NCBI GenBank assembly: GCA_000004695.1
Contig: CM000154.2
Span: forward strand, 2,912,001 to 2,976,000
DNA: 64,000 bases
Direction: 5' to 3'
DNA from: Dictyostelium discoideum
Taxonomy: Eukaryota
The translations under genes and the position numbers were made by a program. Shown piece after piece: positions 49,019 through 60,644 of the stretch (positions are counted from its first letter, which is position 1; every line of letters begins with the position of its first letter). The notes below the pieces were generated by a model that was not told the origin of the DNA, ran no database searches, and was given only the letters and a program-made list of their open reading frames with translations.

Positions 49019-49625
49019 GTAGTAATAATATCAATAATAATAATAATAGTAATAATAATAATAATATAATCAATAATCAAAATAAAGATAATTTCACAGA
49101 TACAGCATCATCTAATAGTAATCCAACAAGTCCGATTTCACAAAAATTAAATTCTGAAAGTATCGAATATATGAAGAAATGTATAAATCAAATGGAAAAT
49201 GGTAACTTTAAAGAAGCAATTTTAGATTTGGATCAATGTATTAAAATATTATGTGTGTATAAAATTTTATTTAAAAAATAATATTAATAATTTTATTTTA
49301 TATTAATTTTTTTTTTTATTTTTTTTATTTTAAATAGTACAAGTTCATTCAAATAATTTATCAATTATTCAAAATGAAATTAATTTTTGTGTTGGATATA
49401 AAGTTACATTAAATTTATTAATAGAAATTAAAGAAATTGAAAAGAAGATTGAACAAGAATCAAATAAGGATGAAGTATCATCATATTATGAAACCATTGC
49501 TTTATTATCTAAATTTTTAGTCGACATTCCACTTCAAACTAATCATAGATTAGTTTGTGCAAAAATGGCTGTAAAATATAATTTAATTTCAAATAATTTT
49601 GGTATAGCTGGTAAATTAATAGAGG

Positions 49626-49663
<38 letters not shown>

Positions 49664-50052
49664 TTATAAAATAATACATTTATTAATTATTTATTAATTA
49701 TTTATTTAATTATTTTTGAAAGATTATTTTACAAAAAGGTATAAATTTAGGTGATAAAGAAAAAGAACAATATGAAATTCAATTACAACAATGTAGAGAT
49801 AATCAATTTAATAATTCAAGTTTACCAATGTATATTTGTCCAAGTTGTAAATCATCAACATCTTGTAGTTCAATTAGATGTTCTTGTTTGAGACCTGTAA
49901 GATGGTGTTTTCAAACTTTTCAACTTATTAAAGATTTAACCTTTTTACAATGTAATTATTGTTATTCAACTTTTTCAATTAATCAATCTGAAGTTGTTTC
50001 AAAATCAATTTGTCCATCTTGTAATCATGGTATAATTAATACTAAAAATTAA
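46707..50052 (+). CDS. Novel multi-domain protein. Domains in order: N-myristoylation motif (MGGSQSK), EF-hand(s), UBA-like domain, long S/T/N-rich and E/K-repeat low-complexity region, C-terminal helical + Cys-rich domain. 7 exons: join(46707..46743, 46781..47095, 47192..47305, 47423..47577, 47659..49252, 49338..49624, 49723..50052).
   Basis: Exon 1 MGGSQSKKLTKK|GTAAGT. Exon 2 reads …DRIFNLFEQSTKKGGSMTFDDLLSGLAVCGKSTEKDKVN (CHP/calcineurin-B-like). Exon 3 VIFKFIDIDDDGIITKEEISVL is a canonical EF loop DxDxDG…E. Exon 4 …QVVGMGFPKHKVNTALKETRNGTVGTPGSNPVENIVSWLLVNQSS|GTATGT is a UBA-like MGF…WLL pattern. Exon 5 contains DVLDKEGSGKITLAKF, the track ORF 47893..49281 and a KEKQEKQEKEREKQEKEREKQEKKAEKEREK repeat. 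Exons 6-7 give …YYETIALLSKFLVDIPLQTNHRLVCAKMAVKYNLISNNFGIAGKLIE|…MYICPSCKSSTSCSSIRCSCLRPVRWCF…CPSCNHGIINTKN*. All junctions keep frame. Donors are GTAAGT, GTAATT, GTAAAT, GTATGT, GTATTT and one weak GTGTGT at 49253 (so the exon 5/6 boundary is low confidence). The C-terminal region loosely resembles the alpha-COP C-terminal domain. Confidence 0.6.
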
Positions 50053-50176
50053 TAATAATAATTATTATTATTATTATTATTATTACTATTACTATTATTA
50101 TTATTATTATTATTTTTATTTATAAAAAAAATAATAAAATTTTGGTATAAACAATATAACAAATAATAACTCAAAA

Positions 50177-50276
50177 NNNNNNNNNNNNNNNNNNNNNNNN
50201 NNNNNNNNNNNNNNNNNNNNNNNNNNNNNNNNNNNNNNNNNNNNNNNNNNNNNNNNNNNNNNNNNNNNNNNNNNNN
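50177..50276. other. Assembly gap (100 N)
   Basis: Run of n. Confidence 1.
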
Positions 50277-51455
50277 AAAAAAAAGGTTATTAAAAAAAAA
50301 ATAATAATATTAATTTTTAAAGAAAATAAAAGATTATGTGGAAATTATTTTAAAAGAAAATTTTTGATGATCCCATCCTGATTTACTATTATTGGTTTTA
50401 AAAAAAAAAAAAAAAAAAAAAAGTTTTTCAACTGATAAGGGTTAATTTGGTTGAATGAATTGGTTGTGGTGATGTGTGGTGTGTTATTATTTTAAAAGAA
50501 TAATGGTAATATTTTGTATCTTTTTTTAATTTCTAAAAATAAAAAGTTTATAAAGGTATTATTTTTTTTTTTTTTTTTTTTTTTTTTATTTTTTTTTTAT
50601 TTTTTTTTTTACAACCCAAATTCATTCACATCATAAATCTCAATAAATAATAAAATAATTAAAACATATCCACTTTACAACTTTATTTTTAGATTTATTG
50701 AATTGTGTAACCTAAACACTTTTCAACTTAATTTTTTTTTTTTTTTTTTTTAAATTAAAAAAAGATATTTTAAAAAATGTAATTTCAAAAAAAGATATTT
50801 TTTTTTATTTTTTTAAATTTTATTTTGTTTTTTTTTTTTTTTTTTTGATAATTAATTTTTTATAATTTCAGCCTTTTTTATATATCTTTGAATTAAGATT
50901 TAGAAATCCCATTCACCATATATATAACACTTTTTTTTTTTTTTGCAATTGGGGGTATTTTTTAAACTATTTTTAACTTTAATAAAATTAAAAAATGGGC
51001 TCCAATTAAAGTGTTTGAATGAAAATGGGAAATAATTTGGTAAAAAAAAAATAAAAATAAAAAAACATAAAATTGATGTTCTAAAAATCTCTCAATGATC
51101 ATTCAATCTTTAAAAAAATAATTCAAACCATATGTATATATTTTATGTGGCTCAATATATGGTGCTATTGAAGAGATTATTTGAACATCAAGTTTATGGT
51201 TTTTAAGTTAATAAAAAAAAAAAAAATTATAGGGCTTTTAAAGGAATGAGCTATTTTTAATTATTTTTTTTTTTTCTCACCCCGCCACACAAGGAAAAAA
51301 ACCACCCAAAATTTTTTTTTTTTTTATTTTTGGAATTTTTAAATCTAAAAGTTAAGATTTGTGTTAATTTTTTTTATCATTTTTTTTTTTTATTATTTTT
51401 TTTTTTTTAATAATTTTTTTTATTATTTTTTTTTATTTACCTTTTTTGTGTTTCA

Positions 51456-51502
<47 letters not shown>

Positions 51503-52197
51503 ATTTTATTATTTTATTTCAAACAACACATTTCAATCCATCACATATATATACATATAAAAAAAAAATCTACACATACATTGTAACATAGTTGTAATTT
51601 GTAAAATACCATATATATATTATAAAAATCATTTCAATTTTTTTTTATTAAAATTATTTTAAATTACAAATAAAACAAAAAAAAAAATAAATAAAAAAAA
51701 TAAAATTGGGTAAGTTTTATTTTTCAACAATCAATTTCATTTTTTTTTTATTTTTTATTTTTTATTTTTTTTTCCTTTTTCATTTTTTTTATTTCTTAAT
51801 TTATTTTTTTATTTTTTTTTAATTATTTTTTTTTTTTTATAATTATTTCTTTTTTTATCAGTATTAAAAAAGACAATTTTATTTATAAAAAATTAAAAAA
51901 AAAAAAATTAAAAAATAAAAAAAAAAAAATTTTAATCAAATATAAACCACTTCACACACCACACACACTTTTTAACTTTTTTTTTTTTTTTTATTTTTTT
52001 TTTTTATTTTTTTTTTTATTTTTTTATTTTTTTTTTTTTTTACTATAATATTATAATAATATTATTTTGTATCAATCTAGAAAAAATTATTAGTATTGTT
52101 TTAACCTAACCTATAAATATAAACATTGTTTAAAATTATAAAGACAATATAATAAATAAATCAAAACATATAATTATTATTATTTTTTTTTTTTTTC

Positions 52198-52235
<38 letters not shown>

Positions 52236-52469
52236 CATTTTTTAATTATTATTATAATTAAATATACTTTAAACGTACTAATATTTCAATCAAATAAATC
52301 ACCAAAAATAGGAACCACAATAATACTGTAATAACAATAAAAATAATTTAATTACTACCAAATTAATCATACAAAATTTTAAAAAATTAATAATAAAAAA
52401 ATTAATTTAAATAAAAAAAAAAAAAATAAAAAAAATAAAAACAGTAAAAAATAAAAAAATAATTAAAAA

Positions 52470-52502
52470 ATGTTTAAATTATTTAAAAAAAAAGAAGTAC
52501 CA

Positions 52503-52561
<59 letters not shown>

Positions 52562-54659
52562 AAATAATAATAATGAAAATAAAATTTTAACACCAAGAAT
52601 TAATGGTGCAGATCAATCATCAACAACAACAACAATTACAAATATTCAGACTAGTGGTGAAAAGAAATTAAAAACTAAATTATCAAAGAGTGAATTAACA
52701 AAGAGTGATAGTACAACAAGTAGTTTAGCAAATAGTCCAAGAAGTGAAAAAGCGGAAATGGGTATTAGAGATATTCCATATGATCTTTTGGGTAAATTAT
52801 TGGCGTTAATTCATGGTAATCGTATATTGACCAAAGAATTTATGTCAACAAGTTTAGTATGTAGAAAATGGAGAGCATTGGCACGTCTTAATGGTAATCA
52901 TTTCAATTTGGAATCATTTTTTAAAAAGGTAGAAGCAAGTAAAATGAGAGTTGAAACCATTGAAAGCTGTATCAATTATTTCACCTACATTTACCAAGCA
53001 TTGGAAATCATTGATATTGGTAAACTTTGTATAAATAATAGAATCTATTCAAAATATTCAATCTTTTTAATTGAATCATTGGATAAAATCACCAAACTCT
53101 CATTGGATATGTCAAAAGTTACATTGTCAGAGTTTGAAGTATTAGCATCAAGTTTAAAATCATTGAAAGCAACCAAAGATGTAACCATTCATTGTATGAC
53201 ACATCATTATTGTAATGCAATGATATCCGTATTCGAATCGTTACCAGAGTTGGAGAGTTTAAAGTTTACAGAGATGACATTTGAAAATTCAAATGAAGAT
53301 CATGATCTATTCGTACAATATTTGAAAAAGAATAATACAATACAGAAGTTATCAATAACTTTATTACCTGACAATACAAGATTCTTAAATTCAATTAAAA
53401 CGATTATGGGTTCAAATAGATCAATCAACTCTTTACAACTTACTCAAAGTATTAAAAGACCATCATTAACTTCATCACCTTCTTCAAATAATGTACATAT
53501 TCCACCAAGCTCTTCAAATTCATCCTCTGCTGCTGCAATTTCAACATCACCATCATCATTTTCAAATACACAATTCAATAGTGTTTTACAAACTTCTTAT
53601 TCAATTTCAAAGTTTAATTATTCTCATGATAGTTTAAAGGAATTAAATCTATCAAATATGTCAATGAATGATACAGATATGATGGAATTGGCAGAGAATG
53701 TTTTACAAAATAATCAATCATTGAAATCATTAGATATTAGTTATAATAAAAAAGTATCCTCTGCTACAATGGAACAATTCCTAAGAATTATGTGTGCAAA
53801 TACTGATATGAAATTAGAATTTTTAAATATTAGTGGTTTATCAATTAATGATCAATGTATAAGTTTGGTTGGTGATTATCTTCAAACCAATCCTTACCTA
53901 AAGGAAATCTATATTAATGATAGTGTTGAACAATATTGGTCAGATGGATTTAGAAACTTTTCAAATAAACTTTCAAATCGTCCAGCTTTAAAAACTTTAT
54001 ACCTAAATAGAAATCGTATTGAAACTAAATGTTTCGATGATTTAGCTCATGCAATTTCAAATAATAGTTCAAATGTTAGATATTTGGGATTAAGTGGTAC
54101 TTTAAATAATGCTCAAAGTTTACATTTAATTTGTAATTCTTTAGGTTCAAATTCAAATTTAGTTTCATTGGATATTTCAAATTGTGAAGTTTGTTTCTGT
54201 CCTTCTCTAACAGATTCATTATTAAAGAATCGTTATTTAGCAAAATTAAATGTAAACAATTGTAAATTAAATCAAAAAACTCTATTGGGTATGGCAAATA
54301 GTAATCTATCCATTCTTGATATTGGTTCAAATAATTTCACTTCAGGTGATACACTTCAAGAGTTTTTCGAATCTTTAAAATCAAATCAATCACTTTACGT
54401 TTTAAATCTTTCAAATACAGGTTTAAAAACTAAAGAATGTCAAGTCCTTTCAAGTCTTTTAGATTTAAATTCAAAAATACACTCGGTTGATATCTCTCAT
54501 AATAAAATTAAATCCTCTGATATTCAATGTATCGTCAAATGTATTCAATGTAAAAATTTACCTCCTTCAACAAAATTCACTTTGAAATTAAATGATACTA
54601 AAATAGATTTATTAAAAATTTCTAATGATTTATTAAATAGTCAAATTTCTGTTGATTAA
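52470..54659 (+). CDS. F-box-like / leucine-rich repeat (RNI-like LRR) protein, 729 aa, single exon
   Basis: After a poly-Asn N-terminus: IRDIPYDLLGKLLALIHGNRILTKEFMSTSLVCRKWRAL (F-box-like). Then repeated LxxLxLSxNxI-type units (LKSLDISYNKKVSS…, LKTLYLNRNRIETKCFDDLAHAISNN…, LVSLDISNCEV…, LSILDIGSNNFTSGD…, LYVLNLSNTGLKTKECQVL…, IHSVDISHNKIKSSDIQCIV). Confidence 0.7.
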
Positions 54660-54796
54660 AAAAATAATATTAATAAAATTTTATATATATATATATATAA
54701 CTTAAAATAATGTATAAAAAACATTTGATTTTATTATTTGATTTTTCTTTTTTTTTTAATTAGTATTGACATAGAAATAAAGTTTCATCAATATAT

Positions 54797-54970
54797 GTCC
54801 CATGCCAAAATAAATATGGCTGCTGAAATTAATATGGCATGGGACTTATGTCTGCTAGAATTACCATATTAATTTCAGCAGCCATATTAATTTTGGCATG
54901 CACAGACCAACTATTTTAGGCTGAAATTAATATGGCTGCTGAAATTAATATGGTAATTTTGGCATGGGAC
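54797..54970. repeat. Compact foldback element: nested inverted and direct repeats (MITE-like or hairpin-RNA-like), about 175 bp
   Basis: tgtcccatgcc…ggcatgggac hairpin (54797-54848) encloses aaatatggctgctgaaattaatatgg. Its exact reverse complement ccatattaatttcagcagccatatt lies at 54864-54888. Direct copies gctgaaattaatatggctgctgaaattaatatgg lie at 54921-54953. attttggcatgggac recurs at 54956-54970. Confidence 0.8.
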
Positions 54971-55353
54971 AAATACGTTTTAAAAAAAAGAAATTACAAT
55001 AGTAAAATTTCTCACAATATGGCAAACCGATTCATTTTTTATAATTAAATGACAAATTAATTATTCAAATTTAATGAATGATATTAGATTTTAACAATTT
55101 TAATTAATATTAAATAATATTTTTATTTTGGCCAATGATTGTTAAGGGTATCAGGAAAGAAAATAAAGTTTGCTGGATATTTTTTTTTTTTTTTTTTTAA
55201 TTTTGGTAATTATAAATTAAATTTTTTTTTTTTTTTAAATAAAAAAAAAAGAAAAAGATTAATTATTTCATTATTAAAAAAAATTAAAATTTTTATTAAT
55301 TATAAAAAAAAAGAAATTAAAAATCATTTTATTCATTATTAAAAAAATTAAAA

Positions 55354-55919
55354 ATGAACCCAAATAAATTATTATTATTATTAATAATTGTCTTGTTGTC
55401 TATTAGCTATTCATTAGCAACGATGATTAAGTGTACTTGTGAAAAAGCTGGGGATATTCCAAATTATGCTGGCCACAATGTTACTAAGATATCGGGTAAT
55501 TTGTTAAATAATAAAAACCAAAATAATATATATAATTAATAAAAATAATTTATTTATTTATTTATTTATTTTTTTTTTTTTTTTCCATTCATATTTATTA
55601 AAAAGATTTTAAAAAAGCATTAGATGCACTAGAATATGATAATGTTTTTAATAAGGAAGGTACAATAAAAGAAATAGGAAATGTTAGAATTGAAAGAACT
55701 GGTTTTGCCATAGTAAATCGTAGAAAATGGAAAACCGTAGAAGGCCACGTGATCGGCGTCAAAGGAAATTCAACAATTTCACAAGTTGTATTTCCTAATG
55801 ATTTAAAAGATTCATTTGGTGATATTTCTAGTCAATTGAATCTTGTCAATTGTATTGATAATGCTTTGTATGATTCATATATATCTGGAAAAGTCCACAA
55901 GGTTGTCCGTAAATTTTAG
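55354..55919 (+). CDS. Small secreted protein (about 151 aa). 2 exons: 55354..55495 (signal peptide MNPNKLLLLLIIVLLSISYSLA…CTCEKAGDIPNYAGHNVTKIS) and 55606..55919.
   Basis: Donor TCGG|GTAATT (phase 1). Acceptor ttattaaaaag|AT at 55604-55605. Exon 2 reads DFKKALDALEYDNVFNKEGTIKEIGNVRIERTGFAIVNRRKWKTVEGHVIGVKGNSTISQVVFPNDLKDSFGDISSQLNLVNCIDNALYDSYISGKVHKVVRKF*. Its codon usage has G/C third positions unusual for local intergenic DNA. Track ORF 55843..56031 is an overlapping wrong-frame artefact. Confidence 0.45.
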
Positions 55920-55974
55920 AGGAATTCGTGGAAACGAAGGAATAAGAGGAAAAATTTTTATTTCCTCCATTTCC

Positions 55975-56460
55975 TTAATATTTCCTCACAAATTCCTCTT
56001 TTTCCTCTATTTCTCCTTTGAAATCCAATAATTTTTGAAGGAAAAGTAGGAAATGGAGGGAAAAAATTAAATTCCTTTTTTTCCTTTATTTCCTCAAAAA
56101 AAAAATAAAATTCCTCTTTTTTCCTTTGTTTCCTCAAAAAAAAAATAAAATTCCTCTTTTTCCCTTTATTTCCTCAAAAAAAAAATAAAATTCCTTTTTT
56201 TCCTTTATTTCCTCCTTCTTTTCCTTTTTTCCTTATTTCCTTAAAAAAAAAAAAAAAAAATTTCCTTTTTTTCCTTTATTTCCTCCTTCTTTTCCTTTAT
56301 TTCCTCCTTCTTTTCCTTTTTCCTTTATTTCCTTAAAAAAAAGAAAAAAAAAAATTTCCTTTTTTAAGGAATTTTATTTTTTTTTTCTTTTTTTTTTTTT
56401 CTTTTTTTTTTTTCTTTTTTCTTTTTTCTTTTTTCTTTTTTCTTTTTTCTTTTTTTTGTG
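55975..56460. repeat. GGAA/TTCC-rich minisatellite. About 42-bp units (aattcctctttttcctttatttcctcaaaaaaaaaataaa) x4-5, then (cttttt)n.
   Basis: Direct tandem copies visible at 56078-56250, with degenerate copies flanking. Followed by (CAAAT)9 at 56591-56635. Confidence 0.85.
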
Positions 56461-56675
56461 TTCACCAATTCCCGGAAAATAAAATTCAAATTATGGTGGA
56501 AAATGGAAAATGGAAGATCATCATATTTATAAAAATGGAAATAATTGGAAAAAAGATTAAAATGATTAAGAAAAAAAAAAAAAAAAAAATCAAATCAAAT
56601 CAAATCAAATCAAATCAAATCAAATAGAATAAAATTAAATTAAATTAAATAAAATTAAATAAAATTAAACAAAAT

Positions 56676-56731
<56 letters not shown>

Positions 56732-56831
56732 AAACTAATTAAATATATAAATAAATAAAATTGGATAATGTAAATTAATTTTTATTTATTTTATTATTTA
56801 TTTTTTTATTTATTTTATTTAATAACCGTCA

Positions 56832-56876
<45 letters not shown>

Positions 56877-57762
56877 AATTTAAAAATTAATAGTTTAAAA
56901 AAAAGAGTATTTTTATTATTTCATTTTTTTTTTATTTAAACTTTTTTTTTTTTTTTAATCACTTTAATTTAAGCAATTTTTGTTTGCTTTTGGTAACTTA
57001 AAACAAATTAAATGATCAAAGAGAAGTTCCACTACAATGGTTCTGATATAATAAAAAAATATTGAAGCTATGAGGTCTTTTGGATTTTATTGACCATTTT
57101 AATTGGTTGATAAACAATTGTTATTATTAATAATAATATTGTTATTATTTTCGTTTTTTCGATATTTCTTTAATTTTTTATTTTATTTTCCCAAAGGGAA
57201 CAAAATATAAAAGTTTGAGCAAAAAATAAAAAAAAAAAATTAAAAAAAATCAAAAAAAAAAAAAAAAAAAAAAATGGTGTAAATTTGAAAGTGAATTGTT
57301 AAAATAACTGTTTAAAAATAGTTTTTTTATTGTTTGGGTTAAATTGATAGTTTTTGATATTAAAAAAAAAATTTAGTGAATTTTATGTATTTTACTGTGA
57401 AAATTCCCCACCGTTGATGTGGGGAAATTTTTTTTTTTTTTCACTACAACAAATACTCTAACTCGATTGATTACCCCAAAATAAAACCTATGTCCAAATT
57501 AATTTCTGGTCTCAGCCTTAAAACCCTACACCTTTTTTAGAAAATTTAAAATTAAATAAAATAAAATAAAATAAAAAAATTATCAAAAAAAAAAAAAAAA
57601 AAAAAAAATAATTAAAAAAAATAAAAAATTAAATATTAAAAAAAATATAAAAAAGGAAAATTTAAATAATGATTTTTTAAAAGAGAGCCTAACGCATTTA
57701 CCATTACAATCTCATTACCACTACCACTAAAAATAAATTAATAAATAAATAAATAAATTATA

Positions 57763-57795
<33 letters not shown>

Positions 57796-58004
57796 TTTTT
57801 TTTTTTTTGTGTTATTTTTTTTTTAATTTTTTTTTTTTTTGCACTATCTCTAAATTTATTTTTGGTGTATCTATATCTTTCTTGGGTCCAATATGGAACG
57901 ATCTGTTGCGATGAATTTGAAGTTTTTCATTTTGTTGGGTTTTATAAATTCTTGTGTTTTCTTTATCAATTTTTTTTTTTTTTTAATATTGATTAATCCC
58001 AGTT

Positions 58005-58130
58005 CAAAATAAAAAAAAAGGAATAACTTTTTTACATTTCAAAATTAAATTCATAAATAAAACTATTAATTATTGCTTTGCTTGATTTAATTTTGAAATG
58101 TAAAAAAGTTATTCCTTTTTTTTTATTTTG
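58005..58130. repeat. Perfect inverted repeat: 46-bp arms separated by a 34-bp spacer (potential cruciform or MITE-like)
   Basis: Left arm caaaataaaaaaaaaggaataacttttttacatttcaaaattaaat (58005-58050). Right arm atttaattttgaaatgtaaaaaagttattcctttttttttattttg (58085-58130) is its exact reverse complement. Confidence 0.95.
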
Positions 58131-58405
58131 ATGGGATTTTATAATATAGGGTAGTTATTAATATTATTATTATTATCATTTTAAGATATCTACTTTTTAA
58201 ATATGTTAGTATTTAAAGTTAAATGTTAAATAATTAAATAAAATAATAAAATTGTAATTGTTTAGATGAATTGATCAAAGGATATAAGATTTGGAAGCAT
58301 TGATTCTGGAAAACAATATACTTTGCTAGTTAATTTTCTTTAATTATTACAATTAAAGAAACTCAGCCAATATAGACAAAATCTCTCTATTAAATAATCT
58401 ATATA

Positions 58406-58414
58406 GGAATCGAA
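58406..58414 (-). promoter_or_regulatory. Putative ex-B box downstream of the second tRNA-Pro copy
   Basis: Same conserved GTTCGATTC element as at copy 1. Confidence 0.45.
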
Positions 58415-58446
58415 CATGTGATCTATTGATTCGGATCTTAAAAGAT

Positions 58447-58517
58447 GGGGAGATCCGAGAATCGAACTCAGGACGCTACCACCCAAAGGTAGCATTATAC
58501 CACTTAACTAATCTCCC
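58447..58517 (-). tRNA. tRNA-Pro (UGG), second identical copy, minus strand
   Basis: The reverse complement of 58447-58517 is identical to the 44680-44750 tRNA. The 3' flank, including the ex-B box gttcgattcc (complement of 58406-58415), is conserved. Confidence 0.85.
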
Positions 58518-59312
58518 ATTTTGAAATTAGTGATTTTTAACGCATAAAAATATTTGAAATATTTTTTTAATTCGAAATTTTAATGTAAATTTGATTCTCA
58601 TTATTTAATTTAAGTTGAAAACATTGAGTAATAATTAAAAAAATATTAAATAAATATTAAACAAAGGTGGTTTCTACAAAAAAAAATTTCCAACACACCA
58701 ACAATTTTTTTTCACCATTCCAATTATTTCCATGTTTTGAGCCAATGATGGCACTTCCAAGTATAAACAATTAAATTTTTTAATTGCTGAACTAAATCAC
58801 CAGTACATGCACTCCAATCGCCATATTACCAATTATATTAAATCACATGATTAACCCTATAAGGATTTTGAATATTTGGAACAACATTGTAGATTTCACA
58901 AAAATATTAATGTTATTGTGTTTGTAAGCCATTTATAATTAAGGGCAACTATCCAAAAACTATTATTGATAAAATTGAAATTTTCAACATTATTTTGATT
59001 GTTATGATTCTTTTTTTCTTTTTTTTTTTTTTTTATAATAACACAATGAAATTTTTAAAAATAATACCAAATCATTAGAATTTCTTTAGATTATATAATT
59101 GGTTTATTAATTTGGTGAAGGTTATTTTTTTTTCAAATTATTAACTTCTTTTCAAAAAAACCGATAAAAACTTATTTGTTTTTAAAAAAAAAAAAAAAAA
59201 TTCCCATTAATTTAAGTTTCTGTACACTGTTTAAAATAATAAAAAAATATCTTTTAATTCCCACCTCGAGGTTTAGCCCGAAATTTTTTAGTAAAGTCTC
59301 GAATTTTTCAGC

Positions 59313-59354
<42 letters not shown>

Positions 59355-59495
59355 AAATCAAGAAAAATCTTGTTACATTTCATAATAATAATTATATTTT
59401 TTTTTTTTTTTCTCCAATACCAACAATTTTTTTGTTTTTATATTTTTATTTTTTTTTAATTTTTTATTTCCAACAATTGAAAAAAAAAAAAAAAA

Positions 59496-60644
59496 ATGAA
59501 TAAATTAATATTAAATGTTCTATTTATAGCAATAATTATTTGTGGTGTTGTAAATTCTTTAGGTTTTACAAGTACAACAACATTAATTGTTGATGTAACT
59601 CAAAATAACCAATATCCAAAATATGGAACATGTGGTACTGCCAGTAAAACATGTAATAATATTCAAGATGCAATTAATTATTATAATAGAATTTCCCAAA
59701 ATTCCAATATCCAACAATTAAATTTATTATTAGCCGATGGTGTATTTAATAATACAAATAATTTTATTGAATTTAAAAAATTCAATACAACTATTTCTCC
59801 ATTAAATGTTGGATCTGAAAATGTAATTTTCGATGGTTCAGTAGGTACTAAATCCAAGGAAACCCTATTCTCATTTGTCAGCTCAACAATTTGGATTACC
59901 GGTATTCAATTTGTTAATTTCCAAAGTGAAAGTTCTTTAATCTATAGTGAATCTGGCCAAATCAATATTGACCAATGCTCTTTCAAAAATGTTTCAAGTA
60001 AAGATGGCACTGTTTATTTAAAGAGTTCAAATAGTTTAATCTCAAATACAATTTTCACATCAAACTCTGTCAAGAAAACTTCCGATTCCGCCTCAGTTAT
60101 CAGCTTTTTCACAAGCTACACAAATAAATTCATAATCTCCAAATGCCAATTCAACAATAATGTCGCATTGAATGGCGGTGCCATTTACGCCAAAAACACT
60201 GCACTTATTACTGTTCCAGATCCACTTGTGTCCTTGATTGAGAATACCCTTTTCAATGGTAATGTTGCAAGTGGAAAAGGCGGTGCACTCTACACTGACA
60301 ATATTCTATTAATCGTCGATTCAAATGTTTTCACTAATAACACCTCACCAACTGGTAGTATTATTAATTTAAACAATGGTCTTATGAATATTACCTCTTC
60401 TTCATTCTACTCTGGAACTAGTTTAAACTATTTCTTATCAACTATTATCTATACAACTAAATCAGATTTAAATATTGATGATAGTACTTTTGATAGAAGT
60501 TTTTCAGTTGCAATTAATTGTGATTCTTCAACTGTTATAACTCAAAATAATAATCTTTCACTCAGATTAGTTTGTTATAATTGTATTTCAATTATTGAAG
60601 GTACTCAAGATTGTCAAGGAGTTCCAAAAAATTTAGATTACTAA
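59496..60644 (+). CDS. Secreted right-handed parallel beta-helix repeat protein (pectin-lyase-fold-like), 382 aa, signal peptide
   Basis: MNKLILNVLFIAIIICGVVNS signal peptide. Repeated ~22-residue Asn/Ser/Thr/Gly-rich turns (NNVALNGGAIYAKNTALITV, NGNVASGKGGALYTDNILLIVDSNVFTNN, …) typical of PbH1 beta-helix repeats. Many NxS/T sites. Cys-rich C-terminus. Confidence 0.6.
   Translation: MNKLILNVLFIAIIICGVVNSLGFTSTTTLIVDVTQNNQYPKYGTCGTASKTCNNIQDAINYYNRISQNSNIQQLNLLLADGVFNNTNNFIEFKKFNTTISPLNVGSENVIFDGSVGTKSKETLFSFVSSTIWITGIQFVNFQSESSLIYSESGQINIDQCSFKNVSSKDGTVYLKSSNSLISNTIFTSNSVKKTSDSASVISFFTSYTNKFIISKCQFNNNVALNGGAIYAKNTALITVPDPLVSLIENTLFNGNVASGKGGALYTDNILLIVDSNVFTNNTSPTGSIINLNNGLMNITSSSFYSGTSLNYFLSTIIYTTKSDLNIDDSTFDRSFSVAINCDSSTVITQNNNLSLRLVCYNCISIIEGTQDCQGVPKNLDY

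Noticed and set aside
55843-56031. Track ORF overlapping exon 2 of the secreted-protein gene
   Set aside because: Wrong frame; runs into the minisatellite.
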